DNA of 64,000 bases, from NCBI GenBank assembly GCA_018897195.1, contig JAHILH010000003.1:431-64430 (forward strand), written 5' to 3'. The stretch's first letter is position 1. Each line of letters starts with the position of its first letter. The DNA comes from Patescibacteria group bacterium (GTDB lineage Bacteria; Patescibacteriota; Patescibacteriia; Patescibacteriales; UBA12075). The position numbers were made by a program, and so were the translations under genes. The notes beneath the pieces were generated by a model. It had not been told where the DNA came from and made no database searches. It worked only from the letters and a program-made list of their open reading frames with translations. Shown here piece by piece: positions 9,490-16,767 of the stretch.

Positions 9490-10470
9490 ATGTCGATTAT
9501 TGAAGTAAAAAATTTAAGTAAAACTTACGATTATTATAAGAAGCAACCCGGGCTTTTGGCGTCATTGAAGTCTTTATTTAAGCGTGAAAAATTATTTGCT
9601 GAGGCGGTGAAAGCGGTTAATTTTTCTTTGGAAGAAGGCGAAATCGTTGGTTTTCTTGGTCCGAATGGCGCGGGCAAGACGACGACTTTGAAAATGTTGT
9701 CCGGAATTTTGCACCCGACCAGTGGAGAGGTTAATGTTTTGGGTTACAATCCCTGGAAACGCGAACCAGCTTTCCAAAAACAGTTTGGCTTGGTGATGGG
9801 ACAAAAAAGTCAGCTCTGGTTTGACTTGCCGGCTCTGGATAGTTTTATTTTGCAAAAAGAGATTTATGAAGTTTCCGATGAAGATTATAAAAAAAGAATG
9901 GATGAATTGGTTGAGCTGTTGGACGTTAAAGATGTTTTGGATAAGCAAGTGCGCAAATTGTCCCTGGGTGAACGCATGAAATGCGAATTATTGATGGCGC
10001 TGATTCATAATCCTAAGGTGTTGTTTCTGGATGAGCCGACCATTGGTCTGGATGTGATATCACAAAAAAATGTCCGTGATTTTATCAAAAAATATAATCA
10101 GTTGAATAAGACGACGATTATTTTGACCTCGCACTATATGGCTGATATCAAAGAATTGTGTAAGCGAGTGGTTTTGATCGATCAAGGTGTGATTGTTTAT
10201 GATGGACTTTTGAGCGAGTTGATTGTGAAGTATGCTCCGCACAAAGACATTAAAATTATTTTTGCCGACGGGGAGATTAAAAAAGAGGCTTTGGTAGAAT
10301 TTGGCACCGTGTTAGAGTTTTCCGCGCATTCAGCCGTAGTTCGCGTTGACCGTGATCGAGCCAAGGAAACAGCGGCGAGAATTTTGTCATCTGACCTGCC
10401 GGTTGAGGATATTGAGATTAAAGAAGAAGATATTAGTGCAGTAGTCGGAGAAGTGTTTAAGAGTAAATAG
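9490..10470 (+). CDS. ABC transporter ATP-binding protein (ABC-2 type, COG4586-like)
   Basis: Walker A GPNGAGKTT, signature LSLGERMK, Walker B VLFLDEPT. 326 aa. Confidence 0.9.
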   Translation: MSIIEVKNLSKTYDYYKKQPGLLASLKSLFKREKLFAEAVKAVNFSLEEGEIVGFLGPNGAGKTTTLKMLSGILHPTSGEVNVLGYNPWKREPAFQKQFGLVMGQKSQLWFDLPALDSFILQKEIYEVSDEDYKKRMDELVELLDVKDVLDKQVRKLSLGERMKCELLMALIHNPKVLFLDEPTIGLDVISQKNVRDFIKKYNQLNKTTIILTSHYMADIKELCKRVVLIDQGVIVYDGLLSELIVKYAPHKDIKIIFADGEIKKEALVEFGTVLEFSAHSAVVRVDRDRAKETAARILSSDLPVEDIEIKEEDISAVVGEVFKSK

Positions 10471-10481
10471 ACCTATATATC

Positions 10482-10518
10482 TCTCCCTCTTCTTTGCAGG
10501 AGGGGGTTGGGGTGAGGT
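10482..10518. repeat. Solo unit of the tctccct...ggggtgagg palindromic repeat family
   Basis: tctccctcttctttgcaggagggggttggggtgaggt, related to the units at 7000, 44852, 47482 and 48954. Confidence 0.55.
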
Positions 10519-10525
10519 AGAGAAT

Positions 10526-11314
10526 ATGAGAAAATATTTTACAGTATTAAAAATGGCAGCGCAGCAAAGCCTAGTGTATCGCTTTAATTTTTTTGCGAAT
10601 TTTTTTGGTGGCTTTTTGTCGTTGGTGGTGATGGTCTATGTGTGGTTGGCGGTTTATCGCAATGGCGGCATGGCCGGCACTTATTCTTTGCGATCATTGG
10701 TGGCGTATTATTTGATTATGTTCGTGATTTTTTTGTCCTACAAAGGGGTGGGCGATATTGCTTGGCATTTGGGGGATTATATTCGCCTAGGCTCATTTTC
10801 GTCTTTTTTAGTAAAGCCGATGGATTTGACCAAATATTACTTATTCCGTAGTATGGGCTTGTTTATGTATGATTTTTTGGTATTAATTTTTATCATTAGT
10901 TCTTTATTGTTTTTCCCTAAACTAGGTTTTTTGCCAGTGAATGTGCTTCTATTTGTTCCTAGTTTAATCTTGGCGGCGACGATTTATTTTTTTGTTTTTT
11001 ACATAATTGGACTGTTAGCGTTTCATTTTGGCATGGTGATGGGAATTAATTTTCTCATGTATAATGTGGTGGCCTTTTTCTCTGGTAGTATGCTACCCCT
11101 TGATTTATTGCCAAAGGGTTTGCAGTGGTGGGCTAATTTTTTGCCGTTCAAATATATCGGCTTTTTCCCTTTGAGTGTCATTCAGGGTAAATTGTCCGGG
11201 CACGAAATTATTTGGGGATTTGCAGGCGGATTATTGTGGTTGGTTTGGTTTTATTTATTCGCAAAATTTATTTATTATAGTGGTGTAGAAAAATATGAGG
11301 CAAGCGGTGCTTAA
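10526..11314 (+). CDS. ABC-2 family transporter permease
   Basis: 262 aa, about 6 hydrophobic segments. Directly follows the ATPase and overlaps the next permease by 20 nt. Confidence 0.65.
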   Translation: MRKYFTVLKMAAQQSLVYRFNFFANFFGGFLSLVVMVYVWLAVYRNGGMAGTYSLRSLVAYYLIMFVIFLSYKGVGDIAWHLGDYIRLGSFSSFLVKPMDLTKYYLFRSMGLFMYDFLVLIFIISSLLFFPKLGFLPVNVLLFVPSLILAATIYFFVFYIIGLLAFHFGMVMGINFLMYNVVAFFSGSMLPLDLLPKGLQWWANFLPFKYIGFFPLSVIQGKLSGHEIIWGFAGGLLWLVWFYLFAKFIYYSGVEKYEASGA

Positions 11315-12113
11315 AAAAATACGCAAATATTTTGTTGTTTGGTTAATTAACGCCAAGGCGCGTTTGATGGAACGCATGGCCTACCCGGTCAACTTTTTCG
11401 TCATGGCCATGGCGGTGGTTTTGCAAATGGTTTTGCCGGTGATTTTATTGAATGTTATTTTTCGTTTTTCAGGTGATTTGTCGGGTTGGAATCGAGATCA
11501 GGCGATGATTGTCTTGGCGACCTATATGTTCATTGAAGGTTTGTCGTGGGCGACACATGCCTTTGTGGCTGGTTTGAAAATGAATATTATGAGCGGGACT
11601 TTCGATAGTTTTTTAGTCAAGCCGATTGACGCGCAATTTAGCGCTTCTTTTTCGCGCGCTGATCCGGAAGACTGGATGCGCTTGGTGACAGCGGCAATTG
11701 TTTTTGTGAAGGCAACAGAAAATCTGGTTTTTACCTGGGGGCAATTAGCGGTTAATGCTTTTCTCTATCTGTTCTTACTAGTCACTGCTTATCTTATTGT
11801 GTACAGCATCTCCTTATTTGTAGCAACCTTGTCGATTTGGTTTACTGAAGTGCGTGCATTATTTACCATTACCGACAATATCATCAAAATGTCTCGTTAC
11901 CCAACGGATATTTATTTCCCCAGCGCCGTGCGTATTATTTTTTCAACGATTTTGCCAATTGCTTTCATCTCCACCATCCCTGCTAAAATATTCCTCTTCG
12001 GCCCGCGCCTAGATTTAATCGCGTATTCGTTTATCGTTGCAATTATCTTTTTTGTCGCTTCAAGAAAATTTTTCCACTACGGCTTGAAACATTATTCAAG
12101 CGCGTCAAGTTAA
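11295..12113 (+). CDS. ABC-2 family transporter permease (second subunit)
   Basis: 272 aa polytopic membrane protein, translationally coupled to the preceding permease. Confidence 0.65.
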   Translation: MRQAVLKKIRKYFVVWLINAKARLMERMAYPVNFFVMAMAVVLQMVLPVILLNVIFRFSGDLSGWNRDQAMIVLATYMFIEGLSWATHAFVAGLKMNIMSGTFDSFLVKPIDAQFSASFSRADPEDWMRLVTAAIVFVKATENLVFTWGQLAVNAFLYLFLLVTAYLIVYSISLFVATLSIWFTEVRALFTITDNIIKMSRYPTDIYFPSAVRIIFSTILPIAFISTIPAKIFLFGPRLDLIAYSFIVAIIFFVASRKFFHYGLKHYSSASS

Positions 12114-12122
12114 AAAATAGCC

Positions 12123-12165
12123 ATTGTTGTAAATTTAGTGCGACCGCACTTTTTTTACAACAATT
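12123..12165. repeat. 43-nt near-perfect palindrome, family 'ATTGTTGTAAA...TTTACAACAAT', copy 1
   Basis: attgttgtaaa ttt agtgcg ac cgcact tttt tttacaacaat. Ends 13 nt before the MFS start codon. Confidence 0.7.
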
Positions 12166-12178
12166 GATTTGATTAAAT

Positions 12179-13297
12179 ATGTCACAACTTCGTATAATTA
12201 ATTTAATAAACTCCCTAGAAGCCGTCGCCGGAACAGTAATCGGCATTTTTGTGCCGGTTTACTTATTGAATTCCGGTTTTTCGCTGCGAATGATTTTTGT
12301 TTATTATCTGATTTATTCTGCCGGTGTGCCGATTTTTTTTATGACCGCCGCCAAGGTTTGCGAACGTTATGGTGTGCGACGAACTTTTTTAGCGAGAATT
12401 CCGATTGTTTTTCTTTTTTATACTGCACTTTTTATGGTTGATAAATTTTCTTTCTTGGTTTTTTTATTGCCGTTGCTGAAATCCCTTGAAGCCAGTTTGA
12501 TGTACTATCCGATGCATTTTATTTTTATCAATCAGGTCGAACATGATGATATGAGCAAGCACGTTTCGCATCTTTTTGCTTGGCCGCAAATCGTCGGAAT
12601 TATCATGCCGATTGTGTCGGGTGCAATTGCCTTGTTGTTTGGTTTTAAAAATCTGTTTGCGCTGGTGTTTGTGGTTTATTTTATTTCGATTTTTGTTTAT
12701 TTGCGTTTTGAAGATTATCAGATAAAAACCAAATTTGATTTTCAAAAAGTTTTTGCTTTTTTCAAGAAATATCCCAAATATATTGTAATGGAAGTTTTTG
12801 AGAATATCCGCGAGGATATGCACGGCATCGTCTGGCCAATCTTCTTTTATTTTACAATTGCCAGTAGTCTGGGCGAGAAAATCGGCATTGCCTCGGTTGG
12901 CTCAATTAATTCAATTACAGCAGTAATCGTTTTATTGTTTACAATGGCAATGGGCAGAATTTCGGATCGGTATAGCAAGAATAAATTGATGAAGTTTGGT
13001 TTTATGTTGGCGACGCTCACCTGGGTGACGGCCTATTTTTTGGATAATAATATTTATCTGTATTTATTTTCAATCTTATTCAGCTTCGTCAGTGTCATGA
13101 TTGAACTGCCATACCAAGCGCTTACTTATCAACTGGCCAAGAAAGACAAACAAAGTAGCGAGTTTATCGTCTTCCGCGAAATTCCACTATTCTTCGCTCG
13201 CGCCCTAGTATACATTGCCTGTATTTTATTGATAGCAAATCTAAAAATTACATTTTTAATTGCAGCCGTCATCTTTGCATTCTTTGCACTAATATAA
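12179..13297 (+). CDS. MFS-type transporter-like membrane protein
   Basis: 372 aa, about 10-12 hydrophobic helices in two halves. No specific motif recognised. Confidence 0.45.
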   Translation: MSQLRIINLINSLEAVAGTVIGIFVPVYLLNSGFSLRMIFVYYLIYSAGVPIFFMTAAKVCERYGVRRTFLARIPIVFLFYTALFMVDKFSFLVFLLPLLKSLEASLMYYPMHFIFINQVEHDDMSKHVSHLFAWPQIVGIIMPIVSGAIALLFGFKNLFALVFVVYFISIFVYLRFEDYQIKTKFDFQKVFAFFKKYPKYIVMEVFENIREDMHGIVWPIFFYFTIASSLGEKIGIASVGSINSITAVIVLLFTMAMGRISDRYSKNKLMKFGFMLATLTWVTAYFLDNNIYLYLFSILFSFVSVMIELPYQALTYQLAKKDKQSSEFIVFREIPLFFARALVYIACILLIANLKITFLIAAVIFAFFALI

Positions 13298-13343
13298 AAT
13301 TGTTGTAAATTTACGTCGACCGTCGTAATTTTACAACAATTAA
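13298..13343. repeat. Palindrome family 'ATTGTTGTAAA...TTTACAACAAT', copy 2
   Basis: Same outer arms as copy 1. The inner stem is changed to ttacg..cgtaa but is still self-complementary. Ends 4 nt before the GH130 start codon. Confidence 0.7.
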
Positions 13344-13347
13344 TTCT

Positions 13348-14403
13348 ATGAACATATTTACGCGTTCAAAATTAAATCCAATCTTAAAGCCGGATAAAAA
13401 TAATTCTTGGGAGGCTTTGAAATTATATAATCCCGGAGCGATTTTTCACGATAATAAGTATCACTTATTTTATCGGGCGGTTGGTGCAGGCAGTGATTGG
13501 AACTCGGCGATTGGTTATGCCGTCTCCGACGACGGTGAAAATTTCCAAAGATTTGCCGAGTCTGTATTAATTGGTGAGGGCGAAGCTGAGAAGCGTGGCT
13601 TAGAAGATCCACGCATTACCAAAATTGGCGATACATTTTATATGACCTACGCAGCCTATGATGGCAAAACACCACGTTTGTTAGTGGCGACTTCAAAAGA
13701 TTTAAAAACTTGGCAAAAGCAAGGTGCAGTTTTCGCGGACTGGAATTTTGCCCACGCTGGTGGCGTTTATACTTATTTCGTTGACGGCAAACCGCAGACA
13801 AAAGAAATGAGCAAGGAGTGGTCAAAATCAGGCGCGATTTTTCCAGAAAAAATTAACGGAAAATTTTTAATGTTATTCGGTGAACATCGAATCTGGTTTG
13901 CTGAGTCTGACGATGGCCTGCATTGGACAGGTGATGAAGAGCCTTTCTTGGAGCCACGCACGGGGGATTATTTTGATAACACTTTTGTGGAAATGGGCCC
14001 GCCGCCAATCAAAACAGAAAGGGGTTGGCTAGTTTTATATCACGGTATTAATAATGCCCATCGTTATCGCATTGGCGTACTGTTGCTTGATTTGAATAAC
14101 CCACGCAGAATATTATACCGCTCCATTGAAGCAATCTTCGAACCGCAAGAACTATACGAGCTAGCCGGCCTTGTCGACGTCTTGCCAGGCGGTTTAGATG
14201 CTTTACAAAAACTAAGTGAATCTGAACAAGAAACATATATCGACGAAGCCTTAAAAAAAGGTACTATGCCCAAAGTGACATTCTGCTGTGGTGCGGTTGT
14301 GGTAGGTGATGCGTTGCGAATATATTATGGGGCCGGTGATTCGGTAATTTGTACTGCAACGGCGAAGATGAGCGACGTTATGAATTTTGCAAACCAAAGA
14401 TAG
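13348..14403 (+). CDS. GH130-family glycoside phosphorylase/hydrolase (beta-mannoside phosphorylase-like)
   Basis: 351 aa. NPILKP...WE..K.YNPGAIF....YHLFYRAVG, then EDPRITKIGDTFYMTY and a five-bladed-propeller-like repeat pattern typical of GH130/DUF377. Confidence 0.75.
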   Translation: MNIFTRSKLNPILKPDKNNSWEALKLYNPGAIFHDNKYHLFYRAVGAGSDWNSAIGYAVSDDGENFQRFAESVLIGEGEAEKRGLEDPRITKIGDTFYMTYAAYDGKTPRLLVATSKDLKTWQKQGAVFADWNFAHAGGVYTYFVDGKPQTKEMSKEWSKSGAIFPEKINGKFLMLFGEHRIWFAESDDGLHWTGDEEPFLEPRTGDYFDNTFVEMGPPPIKTERGWLVLYHGINNAHRYRIGVLLLDLNNPRRILYRSIEAIFEPQELYELAGLVDVLPGGLDALQKLSESEQETYIDEALKKGTMPKVTFCCGAVVVGDALRIYYGAGDSVICTATAKMSDVMNFANQR

Positions 14404-14410
14404 AGAAATG

Positions 14411-14453
14411 AATTGTTGTAAAAAAAGTGCGGTCGCACATTATTTATAACAAT
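14411..14453. repeat. Palindrome family 'ATTGTTGTAAA...TTTA[T/C]AACAAT', copy 3
   Basis: attgttgtaaa aaa agtgcg gt cgcac atta tttataacaat, 37 nt upstream of the flavodoxin start. Confidence 0.65.
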
Positions 14454-14490
14454 ATCGTTCGTTGTATTTTTATTATTAAAATATAAATTT

Positions 14491-14973
14491 ATGAAAACTC
14501 TTGTTATTTATTATTCACTAACGAATAATGCTAAATTTATTGCTGAGGAAATTGCGAATGCGATTGGGGCGGATATTTTGGTTTTAAGGACTAAGAAGGA
14601 AATATTGAAGCCGACTGGATTTATGAAATATTTTTGGGGTGGACGACAGGTGATGATGAAGGAAATGCCGGAATTATTACCATTGGAAAAGAATCCAAGT
14701 GATTATGATTTAATTATTATTGGCACTCCAGTTTGGGCTTGGACATTTACGCCACCGTTGCGAACTTTTTTTGCAACTGCAAAAATACAAAATAAAAAAG
14801 TTGCTATTTTTTGCACTCACGGCGGAGGCATGAGAAATACCTTGGAGGACATGAAAAAGGAATTAGCTGGTAATGAGATTGTTGGTAAGATAGATTTTAA
14901 AGAACCTTTGAAATATGACAAAGAAGAGAGTGGGCGCAAGGTGAGGGAATGGGCGAAGAACTTATTAGGATAA
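14491..14973 (+). CDS. Flavodoxin-like protein
   Basis: 160 aa. MKTLVIYYS(L)T(N)N N-terminal FMN phosphate-binding-loop pattern and the later IIIGTPVW segment. Confidence 0.65.
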   Translation: MKTLVIYYSLTNNAKFIAEEIANAIGADILVLRTKKEILKPTGFMKYFWGGRQVMMKEMPELLPLEKNPSDYDLIIIGTPVWAWTFTPPLRTFFATAKIQNKKVAIFCTHGGGMRNTLEDMKKELAGNEIVGKIDFKEPLKYDKEESGRKVREWAKNLLG

Positions 14974-14983
14974 CATTATATTT

Positions 14984-16762
14984 ATGACAAAAAAACTTTT
15001 CGAACGCACGCGCGATATCAAGGTGTCGCCGATTAAGCAGATTGAGATGGCGGCGGCGCGGATTCCGGGGGCGATTAGTTTGGCGCAGGGGATTCCGAGT
15101 TTTGATACGCCCTTGCCGATTCGTGAATATGCGAAGCGGATGATTGATGAGGGGAAGTGTGCGCGGTATTCTTTGACGATCGGGTTGCCGGAGTTACTTG
15201 AGACCGTGGCGGAGAATTTGGCGCGCGATGGGATGTTTTATGATCCGTGGACGGAGATTATTGCGACTTGCGGGTCGATTGAAGCGATTACGGCGAGCTT
15301 GATGGCGCTGACTAATCCGGGGGATGATGTTTTGATTCCGTCGCCGACTTATGTTTCGTATCAGGAGGCGATCAAAGTGGCGGGAGCGCGGCCGTGTTTT
15401 TTTCCTTTGGACGAGGATCGGAATTTTGATTTGAAAGTTGATGAGTTGGAGAAATATTTGACGCCTCGAACTAAGGTGATTTTTTATTGCAATCCGAATA
15501 ATCCGACCGGGACGATTTATTCCAAGGAGCAACTTTTGAAATTGGCCGCCTTTGCGGAGAAGCATGACTTGATGATTTTGACTGATGAAGTTTATAAGGA
15601 TTTTGTATATAACGGTGAACCGTATTTTTCACTGGCGCAGATGCCAGAGTTGAAGGCGCGTGTGGTGCGGGTCTTTTCTTTTTCCAAGGCTTATGCGATG
15701 ACGGGGTGGCGGATCGGTTTTGTGCATTCGGACAAGACGGTGATTGCTGAGATTTTGAAGATTCATGATTCGATGGTGACCTGTGCGCCGGTCGTGTCGC
15801 AGTATGCCGCCATTGCTGCCTTCGAGCACGCGCAAGATTATGTAAATGAATTCAAAGAAGAATTTTTGCGTCGGCGGGATCGAACTTTGGAGTTGTTGAA
15901 TGGACTAGCGCACGTCTTTGATTATCAGCAACCGAACTCATCTTATTTTGTTTTTCCCCGCGTCAAAGATCTTGTGCCTTATGCTAATGACTCAACCAAG
16001 CTCGCTTATGATATTTTAGAAAAGGTGGGCGTGGCCCTCGTGCCCGGTGCAGCTTTTGGTCCGACGGGCGAATCGCATCTGCGGATTTCTTATGGCTATT
16101 CGATGGAAAATATCGAGAAAGCCTTTGAACGTTTGTATGAATATTTTAAGGTGAATGGTCAGGCGGAGAAAATTAAAACAGTTGAACTGGATAATAACTT
16201 AATCTTGTCGAGAAAAATCGTGAAGACTTCACAATTGCAAAAAGTGGCTTATAACTTCTTGCGCAGCTGTGCTCGAGTTTACCTTTGGCGCACAAAACCA
16301 GAGATTATTGCCATCACTGGAAGTACGGAAAAAACGTCTACGAAGCGTCGCTTAGTGACCGAGTTGGAAAAAGAGAGAAAAGTGCGGGCCAATCCGAAGT
16401 CGAATAACACGGAAATCGGGGTGATTTTGTCGGTCTTAGACTTGGATTGGAAAATGGAGAAATGTAAATTATTTATCTTTGCCAAGGCAATGTGGCGGGC
16501 TATGTTTTTGTCTAAGGTTGATGTTTTGATTTTAGAGTTGGGCATTTCCGAAGTTGGTGATGCGCGGGCGCATTTACAATTACTGACGCCGGACAAATTG
16601 ATTCTCACCAATATTACACCGAGTTTTTCAAGTGACTTGGAATATTTAAAGGTGATGGAAGCAGAGATTGCTTATTTGTTAAAAAATTTACCGCAGTGTA
16701 ATATTGAATTAGTTGGCAATGATGATCGACTAAGGGAATTAATAAAAAGTATTAAAAAATAA
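14984..16762 (+). CDS. Class I/II (aspartate-type) PLP aminotransferase fused to a C-terminal truncated, degenerate Mur-ligase (MurF-like) central domain
   Basis: aa 1-~390: NPNNPTG and the SFSKAYAMTGWRIG PLP-lysine motif. aa ~430-592: IIAITGSTEKTSTK (compare the Mur ligase P-loop ITGTNGKTTT), NNTEIGV, LILELG, PDKLILTNI, GNDD. Confidence 0.8.
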   Translation: MTKKLFERTRDIKVSPIKQIEMAAARIPGAISLAQGIPSFDTPLPIREYAKRMIDEGKCARYSLTIGLPELLETVAENLARDGMFYDPWTEIIATCGSIEAITASLMALTNPGDDVLIPSPTYVSYQEAIKVAGARPCFFPLDEDRNFDLKVDELEKYLTPRTKVIFYCNPNNPTGTIYSKEQLLKLAAFAEKHDLMILTDEVYKDFVYNGEPYFSLAQMPELKARVVRVFSFSKAYAMTGWRIGFVHSDKTVIAEILKIHDSMVTCAPVVSQYAAIAAFEHAQDYVNEFKEEFLRRRDRTLELLNGLAHVFDYQQPNSSYFVFPRVKDLVPYANDSTKLAYDILEKVGVALVPGAAFGPTGESHLRISYGYSMENIEKAFERLYEYFKVNGQAEKIKTVELDNNLILSRKIVKTSQLQKVAYNFLRSCARVYLWRTKPEIIAITGSTEKTSTKRRLVTELEKERKVRANPKSNNTEIGVILSVLDLDWKMEKCKLFIFAKAMWRAMFLSKVDVLILELGISEVGDARAHLQLLTPDKLILTNITPSFSSDLEYLKVMEAEIAYLLKNLPQCNIELVGNDDRLRELIKSIKK

Positions 16763-16767
16763 TAATA

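Noticed and set aside
10642-10851. 69-aa ORF in an alternative frame within the ABC-2 permease gene
   Set aside because: It is nested in a clearly membrane-protein-coding frame and has no signals of its own.
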